A DNA stretch of 32,000 nucleotides, from positions 1,110,001-1,142,000 of the forward strand of contig NC_008578.1 of the NCBI RefSeq assembly GCF_000015025.1, in the 5' to 3' direction. Shown piece by piece: positions 1 to 10,560 of this stretch (within the stretch, counting starts at the first letter, position 1; each line of letters starts with the position of its first letter). This DNA comes from Acidothermus cellulolyticus 11B. GTDB taxonomy: Bacteria; Actinomycetota; Actinomycetes; Acidothermales; Acidothermaceae. Under the pieces are notes generated by a model that was not told where the DNA came from, did no database searches, and saw nothing but the letters and a program-made list of their open reading frames with translations. The position numbers and the translations under genes are program-made.

Positions 1-1
1 C

Positions 2-964
2 TTGCACCGCGTGGACGGAACCGGTTTCGCCTGCGTGGGGTTCACGAATCTGTCCCACGATCACCTGGACTTTCACGGAGACATGGAAAACTACTTTGCG
101 GCCAAGGCCCGGCTGTTCCGCCCGGACTTTGCGCCGAAGGCGGTGATCGTCGTGGACGACGAGTACGGCCGGCGTCTCGCCGACACCGCACCGATCGCCG
201 TCCGGACCGTCTCCGGCCGGCCGGAACACCTCCCGCCCGACCGCCGGCCGGACTGGCGGGTCGTGGCTGTCCGCGCCGCCGCCGCGGTGTCGCCGACCCG
301 GCCCGCCGGGCAGGTGGCGACAGTTGCCGGACCGATCGGCGAGGTGGAGCTCTCGCTCCAGCTCCCTGGCCGGTTCAATCTGACCAATGCGCTGCTCGCC
401 CTGGCCATCCTGGTCGAGGTCGGCATCCCGGTTGAGGCCGCGCGAGCGGGCATCGGTGACCTCGCCGGCGTACCCGGGCGGCTTGAACTTGTCGACGCCG
501 GGCAGCCGTTCGCCGTTCTCGTCGACTACGCGCACACCCCGGAGGCGGTCGCGACGGTGGCCCGGGAAGTCCGTCCCGACCGCGGGCGCCTCATCATTGT
601 GATCGGTTGCGGTGGTGACCGGGATCCGAGCAAGCGTCCTGCCATGGGCGCGGCAGCCGCCGAGTTGGCGGACCTGGCCATCTTCACCAGCGACAACCCC
701 CGCAGTGAAGATCCAGAGGAGATCGTGGCCGCGATGCTCACCGGCGTGCCGGCGGTGACCGCCGACCGGCGCGCGGAGATCCGTGTGGAACTCGACCGGC
801 ACGAGGCGATCAAGGACGCGATCCAGGCGGCCCGGCCGGGTGACGTCGTCCTCATCGCCGGCAAGGGTCATGAACAGGGGCAGGAGATCGGCGGGGTCGT
901 GCATCCGTTCGACGATCGCTTGGCCGCCCGTGACGCACTTCGTTCCTGCGGGTGGGCGGCGTGA
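2..964 (+). CDS. murE: UDP-N-acetylmuramoyl-L-alanyl-D-glutamate--2,6-diaminopimelate ligase MurE, C-terminal part (5' end outside window)
   Basis: The ORF is open at the window start. Mur-ligase central and C-terminal motifs are present: VDYAHTPEA, GCGGDRDPSKRP, TSDNPRSEDP, GKGHE. It sits directly upstream of murF in dcw order. Confidence 0.9.
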   Translation: MHRVDGTGFACVGFTNLSHDHLDFHGDMENYFAAKARLFRPDFAPKAVIVVDDEYGRRLADTAPIAVRTVSGRPEHLPPDRRPDWRVVAVRAAAAVSPTRPAGQVATVAGPIGEVELSLQLPGRFNLTNALLALAILVEVGIPVEAARAGIGDLAGVPGRLELVDAGQPFAVLVDYAHTPEAVATVAREVRPDRGRLIIVIGCGGDRDPSKRPAMGAAAAELADLAIFTSDNPRSEDPEEIVAAMLTGVPAVTADRRAEIRVELDRHEAIKDAIQAARPGDVVLIAGKGHEQGQEIGGVVHPFDDRLAARDALRSCGWAA

Positions 965-2382
965 TCCCGCTGCCGCTTCGACTGGTCGCCCAGCTCGCCG
1001 GCGGCGGTCTCGCCGACGTCCCGGACCCTGAGCGGCCGGTGACCGGCCCGGTTGTCGCGGACTCCCGGCAGGTGACGCCCGGCGGGTTGTTTGTCGCGAT
1101 TCGGGGCGCACGGGTCGACGGGCACGCGTTCGCGGAACAGGCGGTGTCAGCCGGGGCGGTTGCCGTCCTGGCCGACCATCCGGTCGGCGTACCGGCGATC
1201 ATCGTGGATGACACGGTCCGCGGTCTTGGTCGGCTGGCCCACGGCTATCTCGACCTCCTGCCGGACCCGGTGGTCATTGGGATCACTGGGTCCAGTGGAA
1301 AGACCTCGACGAAGGATCTCGGTGCGCAGGTGCTGGCCCGGCTTGGCCCGACCGTTGCACCCACCGGGTCGCTCAATACCGAGGTCGGGCTGCCGCTCAC
1401 AGTCCTCCGGGCCGATCGGGACACCCGGTTTCTCGTGTTAGAGAAGAGCGCCCGCGGGGTCGGGCACATCGCGTATCTCTGCCGCATCGCCCCGCCGCGC
1501 ATCGGGGTGGTGTTGAACGTCGGCTCGGCGCACCTCGGCGAGTTCGGCAGCCGGGAAGCCATTGCCCAGGCGAAGGGGGAGCTGGTCGAGGCGTTGCCCG
1601 CGGACGGCACGGCCGTGCTCAACGCGGACGATCCGCTGGTGCTGGGGATGCGACACCGGACGCGGGCACGTGTCGTCACGTTCGGGACCTCCGCAGACGC
1701 CGACGTGCGGGCAACGGAGATCATGACCGATGCGACGGCCCGGCCGAGCTTCCGGCTGTGCTTCCCGGACGGTGCCGGGTTGCCGGTCGCGCTGCAGATG
1801 CACGGCGTCCACCACGTCTCCAACGCACTCGCGGTAGCGACGGTCGCCTGGGTGCTCGGACTCGGTGCTGAGGAGATCGCTGCCGCGCTCCGGGAGGCCA
1901 GGCCGCTCAGCCGATGGCGGATGGAGGTCACCACCCGGGACGACGGTGTCACGGTGATCAACGACGCGTACAACGCCAACCCCGAATCGATGACCGCGGC
2001 GCTGACCGCGCTCGCCGCCGCGACCGCAGCCCGCCGGATCGCCGTCCTCGGGCCGATGGCCGAACTCGGGCCCGCCGCGCCGGCGGCGCACGCGGAGGTC
2101 GGCGAGACGGCGGCCCGGGTTGGCGTGGACTGGCTGATCGTTGTCGGCGCGGACGCCACACCGATCGCCGACGGGGCACGCCGTGGCGGGCTTGCCGCGG
2201 AGGCGGTGACCGTTGTACCGGACGCCGCCGCGGCAACAGCCCTGTTGACGCCGGCGCTGCGCGCCGGGGACGTGGTCGTGATCAAGGCGTCGCGATCGTA
2301 CGGGTTGGAGCAGGTCGCCGCCGCGCTGCTCGCCCAGACACCAGCCGTCGCGTCGCCGGTCGCTGAGGGGATCGGCCGGTGA
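961..2382 (+). CDS. murF: UDP-N-acetylmuramoyl-tripeptide--D-alanyl-D-alanine ligase MurF
   Basis: Mur-ligase P-loop [12 protein letters not shown] and the [11 protein letters not shown] motif are present. GTG 961 overlaps the murE stop (GTGA) and gives an N-terminus VIPLPL typical of MurF. An alternative GTG lies at 952 (the ORF-track start). Confidence 0.9.
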
Positions 2383-3443
2383 AGGGGATTCTCATCGCGG
2401 CCTCGGTGGCGCTGCTGATCTCGCTCTTCGGCACCCCGATCGCCATCCGATTCTTCCGGGAACGGGGTTACGGCCAGCTGATCCGGGACGACGGCCCGAC
2501 CACCCACCACACCAAACGGGGAACGCCGACCATGGGCGGAACGGTGATCCTGGCGTCGGCGCTGCTCGGCTATGCCGTCGCCAACCTCTTCACCGCCTCC
2601 GGTCCCACCGCTTCCGGCCTGCTCGTCTGCGGCCTGGCGACCGGTCTGGGACTGGTGGGCTTCCTCGACGACTTCATAAAGATCCGTATGCAGCGGAATC
2701 TCGGGCTCCGGGCTCGGACGAAACTCGCCGGGCAGGTCATCGTTGCTGTGATCTTCGGTGTGCTGGCGGTGCAATTCCCCAACCACGCGGGTTTACGACC
2801 GGCGTCGACCCACGTGTCGTTCGTCCGCGACTACCCAAGCCTCACGCTCGGCACGATCGGTTTTGTCATCTGGGCGCTCCTGATGGTGTCGGCGACCTCC
2901 AACGGGGTGAACCTCACCGACGGGCTGGACGGACTGGCCACCGGGGCGTCCGCCATGGTCTTCGGCGCATTCGTGATCATCACGTTCTGGGAGGCGCGCA
3001 ACTCCTGCCTGGCAAAGGCGGCGCCCGGCTGCTATCACGTCCGTGATCCGTTCGACCTTGCTATCGTCGCCGCCGCGTTCGCCGGCGCATGCGCAGGCTT
3101 CTTGTGGTGGAACGCCGCTCCAGCGCGGATCTTCATGGGCGACACCGGGTCGCTCGCGCTCGGCGGCGCACTGGCCGGAATGGCGATCATGTCGCATACC
3201 GAAGTGTTGCTTGCCATCCTCGGCGGGCTCTTCGTCGTGATCACCATGTCGAGCATCATCCAGATCGCCTCGTTCAAACTCACCCGGCGCCGGATCTTCA
3301 AGATGGCCCCGCTCCAACACCACTTCGAGCTCAAGGGATGGGCCGAGGTGACCATCGTCATCCGGTTCTGGATCATTGCCGGGTTGGCGGTCGCCCTTGG
3401 CCTCGGTGTCTTCTACGGGGAGTGGATCACATGGCAAGGGTGA
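2379..3443 (+). CDS. mraY: phospho-N-acetylmuramoyl-pentapeptide transferase MraY
   Basis: Polytopic membrane protein with [22 protein letters not shown] and [11 protein letters not shown] motifs. The GTG start overlaps the murF stop by 4 nt. Confidence 0.93.
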
Positions 3444-4960
3444 GCGTCGTCCCCGAATGGTTGTCGGACGCAGGCCATGACGCCCCCTGGTCGCAGCTCA
3501 CCGTCTGCGTCGCCGGAGTGGGGATCTCCGGCCGGGCCGCGGCCCGGGTGCTGGCCGCCCTCGGTGCCCAGGTCATCGCCGTCGATGACCGGGACGGCGA
3601 ACCCGAGCGTGCAGCGGCCGCTGAGTTGGCCAGGCTCGGCGTCACCGTCCGGTTGGGGGACGGCGCGACGTTCCCGGACGGCGTCCAGCTGATCGTGACC
3701 TCGCCGGGGTGGCGGCGGGAATCCCCACTCTTCGCCGCAGCTGCGGACCGGGGTGTGCCGGTCTGGGGGGAGCCTGAGCTCGCCTGGCGGTTGCGTCGTC
3801 CCGGGGACGCCGAGTGGCTTGTGATCACGGGAACGGATGGCAAGACGACGACGACGCTCATGCTGGAGTCGATCCTGCGGGCCGCCGGGCTGCGGACGAT
3901 AGCGGCAGGCAACATCGACGTGCCGCTGGTCGAGGTCGTCAACTCCGGTTACGACGTTCTTGCCGTGGAACTCGGCAGTTTTCAGCTGCACTGGTCCCCA
4001 TCCGTCGCGCCGAAGGCTGCGGCCGTCCTGAACGTTGCTCCTGATCACCTCGACTGGTGGGGCGGATCGTTCACCGATTACGCCAACGCTAAGGGCCGGG
4101 CGTTCGCCCATCCGCGGACCTGCGCGATCGGCAACCTGGACGACCCGCAGACGGTCCGGTTGCTGGCCCGCGCACCGGGGCGGCGCGTCGGATTCACCCT
4201 GCACTCACCCCGGCCCGATCAGGTCGGAGTTCACGACGGCGTCCTCCTTGATCGAGCGTTCGTTCCCGACCCGGCTCGCGACGTCGTCGAGCTTGCGACG
4301 GTCACCGACATTCCCGTTCCCGGCGCGCACAACGTTGCCAATGCGCTCGCCGCCGCCGCGCTGGCCCGTTCGATCGGGGTTGAGCCGGCGGCGATCGCGG
4401 CCGGCTTGCGCACGTTCACCCCGGCGGCGCACCGGATCGCGACGGTCGCCGAGGTGGACGGCGTCCGGTTCGTCGACGACTCCAAGGCGACCAGCCCGCA
4501 CGCTGCGGCGGCCTCGCTCACCTCGTTCGACCGGATCGTGTGGATCGCCGGCGGCCTGGGCAAGGACGTCGCCTTTGACGAGCTCGTCAGCCAGGTGGCC
4601 GATCGGCTGCGCGGCGTCGTTCTGCTCGGAGCATGCCGGCATGAGATCGCCGATGCTCTCCGGCGACACGCCCCGCAGGTGCCGGTCATCGACGTCGGCG
4701 GGGCCGAGACTGGGGACGTGCACGCCGTTCTCGATGCCGCCGTTGCGGCGGCCGTCCGCTACGCCGCGCCGGGCGACGTCGTCCTCCTGGCACCGGCCGC
4801 CGCGTCCTACGACATGTTCCGCGACTACCGGCATCGCGGCCAGGCGTTCGCGGATGCCGTCCGCCGCTACGCCGAGCGCCGTTCGGCGGCGGAGCGACGT
4901 GAGGCGGCTGCGCAGGTTGGACCGTCCGGGCCGGCGGAGAGCGCGGGCGGCTCCCGGTGA
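3431..4960 (+). CDS. murD: UDP-N-acetylmuramoylalanine--D-glutamate ligase MurD
   Basis: N-terminal Rossmann-like [16 protein letters not shown]-loop [10 protein letters not shown] and [10 protein letters not shown] are present. ATG 3431 overlaps the mraY end by 13 nt. The ORF-track ORF (3089..) merely stays open upstream inside mraY. The C-terminus has a short Arg/Ala-rich extension. Confidence 0.88.
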
Positions 4961-5001
4961 ACCAGTCCTCGATGAACCAGTCCGCGGTGAACCAGGTGGT
5001 T
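4957..5001 (+). repeat. 3 x 15-nt tandem repeat at the ftsW 5' end
   Basis: The units are gtgaaccagtcctcg, atgaaccagtccgcg and gtgaaccaggtggtt. They encode [15 protein letters not shown]. Confidence 0.85.
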
Positions 5002-6207
5002 CGGCTGCCGCTCCTCGGCCGGCCGTTCGCGTCGGTCTACCTCGTCGCCGCGTGTACGGCGTTGCTCACCGGCTTCGGACTCGTGATGGTCTGGTCGGCG
5101 TCGTACGTCGAGGGAACCAAGGTCTCATTAGCCATTGCCGAGAAGCAGGCCGTCTGGGTGGGGCTGGGCCTCCCGCTGCTGCTGATCGCTACGTTTACCC
5201 CGGTCCGCCTCATTCGGGCGTTCGCGTATCCGCTGCTGCTCGCGACCCTCGTCTTGCTCGCCGCCGTCCTCGTGCCGCACCTTGGCGTGTCGATCAACGG
5301 GGCCCGTCGATGGCTCGCGGTCGGCGGCATCACCGTGCAACCCTCCGAGATCGCCAAGTTGGCTCTCGTGGTGTGGGGTGCGGATCTCCTGGCCCGCAAA
5401 CAGAGCAAGGGGACGCTGAACCGTTACCGGCATCTGCTCATCCCGCTCCTTCCGGTGACCGGGTTGGTCATCGCGTTCGTCATAAAGGAGCGGGACCTTG
5501 GCACGGCGCTGGTGCTGATAGCCATCGTCATCGCATTGCTCTGGGCGATTGGGACGCCGCTTCGCATCTTCGTGCTGCTCGTGGCCGGGGCGGCGCTGGG
5601 TGTCGGCTATCTCGCGGTCAGCGAGCCGTACCGGTTGCAACGCCTGCTTAGCTTTGGCGATCCGTTCTCCGACTTCCACAACACCGGCTGGCAAGCCAGT
5701 CAGGGACGGTACGCGCTCGGGGCTGGTGGATGGTGGGGGCTTGGTCTCGGTAATAGCAAGGAAAAGTGGGGCTACCTGCCGCAGGCGCACAACGACTTCA
5801 TCTTCGCGATCATTGGGGAGGAGCTGGGTTTGATCGGTTCGCTGGCCGTCCTTGCGGTCTTCGCCGTGCTCGCGTACGCCGGAATCCGGGTCGCCCAGCG
5901 CAGCCGGGACACCTTCCACCGGCTCGCCGCCACCGGCATCACCGCCTGGCTGACGGTCCAAGCCCTCGTCAACATCGGCGCCGTCATCGGCCTGCTGCCC
6001 ATCACCGGCATTCCGCTGCCGCTGATCTCTGCCGGAGGCTCGTCGTTGCTGCCGACCATGGCCGCGCTGGGCGTCCTCCTGTCGCTTGCCCGACACGAAC
6101 CTGCGGCGGTTCGGGCGCGGGCCGCCCGAGCGCCGGGCCGAGTGCGTCGGGTGCTGTCCCGGCTGCAGCCGGGACCGTGGCCGGCGGCTGACAGCGCACG
6201 TGGGTAG
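4957..6207 (+). CDS. ftsW: SEDS-family peptidoglycan glycosyltransferase FtsW
   Basis: Multi-TM protein with SEDS motifs PSEIAKLAL, NDFIFAIIGEELG and LPITGIPLPLISAGGSS. It sits between murD and murG. Three in-frame candidate starts (GTG 4957, ATG 4972, GTG 4987) lie inside a 15-nt tandem repeat. Confidence 0.88.
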   Translation: MNQSSMNQSAVNQVVRLPLLGRPFASVYLVAACTALLTGFGLVMVWSASYVEGTKVSLAIAEKQAVWVGLGLPLLLIATFTPVRLIRAFAYPLLLATLVLLAAVLVPHLGVSINGARRWLAVGGITVQPSEIAKLALVVWGADLLARKQSKGTLNRYRHLLIPLLPVTGLVIAFVIKERDLGTALVLIAIVIALLWAIGTPLRIFVLLVAGAALGVGYLAVSEPYRLQRLLSFGDPFSDFHNTGWQASQGRYALGAGGWWGLGLGNSKEKWGYLPQAHNDFIFAIIGEELGLIGSLAVLAVFAVLAYAGIRVAQRSRDTFHRLAATGITAWLTVQALVNIGAVIGLLPITGIPLPLISAGGSSLLPTMAALGVLLSLARHEPAAVRARAARAPGRVRRVLSRLQPGPWPAADSARG

Positions 6208-6213
6208 GTTGCG

Positions 6214-7323
6214 GTGCACGTCGTCCTCGCTGGCGGGGGTACCGCCGGGCACATCGAGCCAGCCTTGACACTCGCCGAAGCGCTGCGGCGCCGTGATGTC
6301 GGTGTGGGGATCACGCTGCTGGGCAGCCCGCGCGGGTTGGAGACCCGGCTGGTGCCGGCCCGCGGGTTCGACTTGGCGCTGATTCCCGCGGTTCCCCTGC
6401 CGCGCCGGTTGACGCCGGACCTGCTCGCCGTCCCGTCGCGGCTACGGGCCGCGGTCGGCGAGGTGGAACGGATTCTCGCTGAGACGGGTGCCGATGTCCT
6501 CGTCGGCTTCGGCGGGTACGTGGCGTTGCCCGGGTATCTCGCAGCCCGCCGGACCGGCCTGCCGTACGTCGTGCACGAAGCGAACGCCAGACCCGGGCTC
6601 GCGAACCGGTGGGGCGCCCGGTTCACGCGGTACGTCGCGGTCGCCGACGCCGCGATCCGGTTGCCGCACGCCGTACCGCTGGGCATTCCGCTCCGCCGGG
6701 AGATCGCGACGCTGGATCGGGCGGCACGACGGGCCGAGGCACGGGCGTACTTCGGATTGGACGCCGAGGCGCCGACCTTGGCAGTGGCCGGCGGTTCGCA
6801 AGGTGCCCGGTCGATCAACCGGGCCGTGGTCGCTGCGCTGCCGATGCTGGCGGCCGCCGGGGTGCAGGTCCTGCACATCGCCGGTCCCCAGCAGATCGCC
6901 GAGGTGGAGTCGGCTCAGCCGAAGCGCGCGCCCGACGCCCCGGCGTACGTGTTGTTGCCGTACGCCGATCGGATGGACCTCGTGTACGCCGCCGCCGACC
7001 TCATGCTCTGCCGGGCCGGCGCCCTCACCTGCGCCGAACTTGCAGCGGTCGGGTTGCCGGCGGTGTACGTGCCGCTGCCGCACGGCAATGGTGAGCAGCG
7101 GCTGAACGCGAAGCCGATCGTGGAGGCGGGAGGCGGTGTTCTTCTCCGTGACGCCGAACTGCGTGGTGACGCCATCCGCCGCATCGTCCTTCCCCTGGTG
7201 ACGGACCGTGCCCGTCTGGCCGAGATGGCCGGGCGAGCGGCGGCGCTTGGGCGGCGGGACGCCGACGAGCGTCTCGCCGATCTCGTCGAGCAGGCGGCAG
7301 CCGCGCGCCGGGTGGTGACCTGA
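6214..7323 (+). CDS. murG: UDP-N-acetylglucosamine--N-acetylmuramyl-(pentapeptide) pyrophosphoryl-undecaprenol GlcNAc transferase MurG
   Basis: N-terminal GGGTAGHIEPAL, GGSQGA, and RAGALTCAELAAVGLPAVYVPLPHGNGEQRLNA are present. Confidence 0.92.
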   Translation: MHVVLAGGGTAGHIEPALTLAEALRRRDVGVGITLLGSPRGLETRLVPARGFDLALIPAVPLPRRLTPDLLAVPSRLRAAVGEVERILAETGADVLVGFGGYVALPGYLAARRTGLPYVVHEANARPGLANRWGARFTRYVAVADAAIRLPHAVPLGIPLRREIATLDRAARRAEARAYFGLDAEAPTLAVAGGSQGARSINRAVVAALPMLAAAGVQVLHIAGPQQIAEVESAQPKRAPDAPAYVLLPYADRMDLVYAAADLMLCRAGALTCAELAAVGLPAVYVPLPHGNGEQRLNAKPIVEAGGGVLLRDAELRGDAIRRIVLPLVTDRARLAEMAGRAAALGRRDADERLADLVEQAAAARRVVT

Positions 7324-8757
7324 GTGACCAGCGATCAATCCCTGAGTCACCACGAGCCGCTGCCGCTCGAACGCCTTGGCCGGACGCATTTCGTCGGCGT
7401 CGGAGGCGGGGGCATGTCCGGCATCGCGCGGATCTTCCTCTCCCGCGGCGTCCCGGTCTCCGGATGCGATGCCCGGGAGAGCAGGGTGCTGGCGGCGCTG
7501 CGCGCGTTCGGAGCCCGGGTGACCGTCGGCCACGACCCAGCGCATCTGTCCGACGTCGACACGGTGGTGGCGTCGACGGCGGTGCCGCCGACGACGCCCG
7601 AGCTGGCCGTGGCCCGGGAGCGGGGGCTCCCGGTGTTGCCGCGGGCGGCTGCCCTGGCGAGCGTGATGGCGGGCCGACGCGGTGTCGCGGTCGCCGGTAC
7701 GCACGGCAAGACCACGACGACGTCGATGGTGGTTCGGGCGTTGCAGCGGTGCGGCGCGGACCCCTCGTTCGCGATCGGCGCCGATCTGGGCGAACCGGGG
7801 TCCAATGCGCACGACGGCACCGGATCGATCTTTGTCGCCGAGGCGGATGAGAGCGACGAATCGTTTCTCCTGCTGCCGTTCCACGCTGCAGTGGTGACCA
7901 ACGTAGAGGCGGATCACCTGAACCACTACGCCGACCTTGCCGCCATCCACGCCGCGTTCGATCGCTTCGTTGCCAAGGTGCCCGACGGCGGCTTTCTGGT
8001 GGCGTGTACCGACGATCCCGGCGCCGAAGAGATCGCCAGCCGTGCGGCGCGACGCGGCACGGTCGTGCGACGGTACGGCACCAGCCCGCGGGCCGACGTC
8101 CGGCTGGTCGATCTCCGACTGGAGGTCGCGGGCAGCCGTTTCGCCGTGGCGATGGACGGGACGGTGCTCGGCGAGCTGCAGTTGCGGGTTCCCGGCGCGC
8201 ACAACGCGCTGAATGCGACCGCCGCTGTTGCGGTGACGGTCGGTCTCGGTTTCCCGTTCAGCGAGGTCGCGGAGGGTCTCGCAGACTTCACCGGGGCGCG
8301 GCGACGCTTTCAGCCGCAGGGCGAGGTTGCCGGCATCCGGGTGTTCGACGACTACGCCCATCACCCGACGGAGATTGCCGCGACGTTGCGGGCTGCACGG
8401 GTGGTGGCGGACGGCGGCCGGCTCGTCGTCGCCTTTCAGCCGCACCACTACTACCGGACGGCGGATTTCCGGACCGAGTTCGGCGCGGCGCTCGCGCTCG
8501 CCGACGAGGTCGTCGTCATGGAGGTCTACGCGCCGGGGGAGACGCCGCTGCCGGGCGGTACTGGCGCGGCGCTCGCCGCCGCGGTGCCGCTGCCGGGGTC
8601 TGCCGTGGTTTTCGAGCCGTCGTGGTCAGCGGTTCCGGAGCATCTGGCCGCCCGGGCCCGGCCGGGTGATCTGATCGTGACCATGGGGGCGGGCGGCGAT
8701 GTCGCGCTGCTGCCGCCGTTGGTGCTCGACGCGCTGCGCCGCCGCTGGCAGGGCTGA
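7324..8757 (+). CDS. murC: UDP-N-acetylmuramate--L-alanine ligase MurC
   Basis: VGVGGGGMSGIA, P-loop GTHGKTTTTSM and DDYAHHPTEI are present. GTG 7324 directly abuts the murG stop. Confidence 0.92.
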   Translation: MTSDQSLSHHEPLPLERLGRTHFVGVGGGGMSGIARIFLSRGVPVSGCDARESRVLAALRAFGARVTVGHDPAHLSDVDTVVASTAVPPTTPELAVARERGLPVLPRAAALASVMAGRRGVAVAGTHGKTTTTSMVVRALQRCGADPSFAIGADLGEPGSNAHDGTGSIFVAEADESDESFLLLPFHAAVVTNVEADHLNHYADLAAIHAAFDRFVAKVPDGGFLVACTDDPGAEEIASRAARRGTVVRRYGTSPRADVRLVDLRLEVAGSRFAVAMDGTVLGELQLRVPGAHNALNATAAVAVTVGLGFPFSEVAEGLADFTGARRRFQPQGEVAGIRVFDDYAHHPTEIAATLRAARVVADGGRLVVAFQPHHYYRTADFRTEFGAALALADEVVVMEVYAPGETPLPGGTGAALAAAVPLPGSAVVFEPSWSAVPEHLAARARPGDLIVTMGAGGDVALLPPLVLDALRRRWQG

Positions 8758-9024
8758 GCCCGCGACGGCGAGGGACGGCACGCGCCGGCTCACACCACCG
8801 GCCCCTGGGTGGAATTGGCCGGCGGCGTTCTCGGCTGGCGCCTCGGCTCTGCCGCTTCGGACGCTTCCATCTCGAGCGGCACAGTCGGCCACTGCCGTCT
8901 CGGCCGCCGCCTCCGCAGCCGCCGCCGTCTGGGCCCGCGGCGTGTCGGCTAGGCAAATGTGCGACACACCGCGGACGTCGTTGACCGCCCGGCGCCGGGA
9001 TGCATAGGGTCGTGCCAGCCCAAG

Positions 9025-9053
9025 TTGACATAACTATAAGCCTCTAGTTGAGG
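9025..9053 (+). promoter_or_regulatory. candidate ftsZ-proximal promoter region (AT-richer island with TTGACA)
   Basis: The only clearly AT-richer stretch in the murC-ftsZ gap is TTGACATAACTATAAGCCTCTAGTTGAGG, with a perfect -35-like TTGACA at 9025-9030. I could not place a convincing -10 at canonical spacing. Confidence 0.25.
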
Positions 9054-9105
9054 GTGAGGGTTGCGACACGCCGAGGTACGGCGACCGCTCGGGAAGGCGA
9101 TGCAG

Positions 9106-10488
9106 ATGGCAGCTCCGCAGAACTACCTCGCAGTGATCAAGGTGGTTGGCATCGGCGGCGGTGGAGTCAACGCCGTCAACCGGATGATCGAGGTCGGACT
9201 CAAGGGCGTCGAGTTCATTGCGATCAATACCGATGCGCAGGCTCTGTTGATGAGCGACGCCGACGTCAAGCTTGACATCGGGCGGGAGCTGACGCGTGGG
9301 CTGGGGGCGGGTGCGAATCCCGAGGTGGGCCGGCAGGCGGCAGAGGATCACGTGGATGACATCCGCGACGTCCTCGAGGGTGCGGACATGGTCTTCGTCA
9401 CCGCGGGTGAAGGCGGCGGTACGGGTACCGGCGGTGCCCCGGTCGTGGCGCGCGTTGCGCGTTCGCTCGGCGCCCTCACGATCGGCGTCGTCACGCGTCC
9501 GTTCAGTTTCGAGGGACGCCGCCGCGCCGAGCAGGCTGAGGCGGGTATCGAGGCACTGCGCGGGGAAGTCGATACGTTGATCGTCATTCCGAACGATCGG
9601 CTGCTCTCAATCAGCGATCGCAAGATCAGTGTGCTGGATGCCTTCCGCTCCGCGGATCAGGTCCTCCTTCAAGGGGTCTCTGGCATCACCGATTTGATTA
9701 CGACGCCGGGTCTGATCAACCTCGACTTCGCCGACGTCAAGTCGATCATGTCGAATGCGGGGTCGGCGTTGATGGGGATTGGTTCGGCGCGTGGTGAGGA
9801 TCGGGCCATCGCGGCAGCTGAGATGGCGATCTCCAGCCCGTTGCTCGAGGCGTCGATCGACGGGGCGCGCGGCGTGCTGCTCTCGGTGGCGGGTGGTTCC
9901 GACCTTGGCCTCTTCGAAATCAACGAAGCCGCTCAACTGGTGGCCGAAGCCGCCCATCCGGAGGCGAACATCATCTTTGGTGCGGTGATTGACGATGCGC
10001 TCGGCGACGAGGTGCGCGTGACCGTGATCGCCGCAGGCTTCGATGGGGGCATGCTCCCGCCGGCCCGGTCTGTCCCGCGGGCGGCGGGCGAACAGCCGCG
10101 GCTGGAGAACCGGCCGGTCGGCCCGCGAGCGGACTACGAACCAGCCTGGGCGGGTGCCGCAGCACACCGGGAGGCGGCGGTCACCGTGACATCCCGCACG
10201 GCCACCGGCGCCGGGTCGGTCTGGCCGCCGGAGGATGCCACGACACGGATGGACCGGGCGGGTGCGCCGGCTTCCGGGGCGGCATCCGGTCATGCGCCCG
10301 ACTCGGGATTCACCCCGCGCTCCGAACCGCCGGCGGCAGCTCGATCGACTCCTGGCACGGGGACAGGACCTGAACCGGCCGTCGGCGGGCGATCCGAGCC
10401 AGGCCACCTGCCTCCGTCTCGGCCTCGGCGGACCATCGTCTTTGACGATCAAGCAGATGAGCTGGACGTTCCCGACTTCTTGAAGTAA
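9106..10488 (+). CDS. ftsZ: cell division GTPase FtsZ
   Basis: [27 protein letters not shown] and the tubulin signature [11 protein letters not shown] are present. A long Pro/Ala/Gly-rich linker precedes the conserved C-terminal peptide [13 protein letters not shown] 9106 lies 9 nt after GGGAAGG. The ORF-track start (TTG 9061) and ATG 9100 are less likely. Confidence 0.95.
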   Translation: MAAPQNYLAVIKVVGIGGGGVNAVNRMIEVGLKGVEFIAINTDAQALLMSDADVKLDIGRELTRGLGAGANPEVGRQAAEDHVDDIRDVLEGADMVFVTAGEGGGTGTGGAPVVARVARSLGALTIGVVTRPFSFEGRRRAEQAEAGIEALRGEVDTLIVIPNDRLLSISDRKISVLDAFRSADQVLLQGVSGITDLITTPGLINLDFADVKSIMSNAGSALMGIGSARGEDRAIAAAEMAISSPLLEASIDGARGVLLSVAGGSDLGLFEINEAAQLVAEAAHPEANIIFGAVIDDALGDEVRVTVIAAGFDGGMLPPARSVPRAAGEQPRLENRPVGPRADYEPAWAGAAAHREAAVTVTSRTATGAGSVWPPEDATTRMDRAGAPASGAASGHAPDSGFTPRSEPPAAARSTPGTGTGPEPAVGGRSEPGHLPPSRPRRTIVFDDQADELDVPDFLK

Positions 10489-10560
10489 CGTGCGCCGGCG
10501 ATCGGGCGGTAGGAGCGAACCGCAGCGGCAGGTCATGCCGATCCCGGATGTGGCGCATCC

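Noticed and set aside
1245-2786. 513-aa minus-strand ORF antisense to murF/mraY. Similar long antisense or off-frame ORFs occur at 5128-6252(-), 5772-6878(-), 6442-8448(-), 9607-10629(-), 24733-26211(+), 26476-27240(+), 29400-30515(-), 30440-31342(-), 31264-31959(-), 4035-5651(+), 15192-16316(+) and 17694-18575(+/-).
   Set aside because: Each fully overlaps a gene with clear family motifs on the other strand or frame. The translations are Arg/Pro/Ala/Gly-rich with no recognisable motifs. Stop-free shadow frames are expected in ~70% GC DNA.
3089-3430. Upstream extensions of ORF-track ORFs. These are murD from 3089, yggS from 10926, hyhL from 15278, the protease from 16729, hypA-like from 17235, hypC from 17255, the unknown gene from 18732, lspA from 28758, the DksA-like gene from 27274 and the ACT-like gene from 30488.
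   Set aside because: The extensions overlap the preceding gene in another frame and lack family-consistent sequence. Internal starts with SD-like sequences, or stop/start overlaps, give N-termini that match the families.
8626-9007. ORFs 8699-9007(+) and 8626-8967(-), considered as a possible short or degenerate FtsQ.
   Set aside because: Neither has a TM segment or POTRA-like sequence. Both overlap the 3' end of murC. Their composition is typical of spurious GC-rich ORFs.
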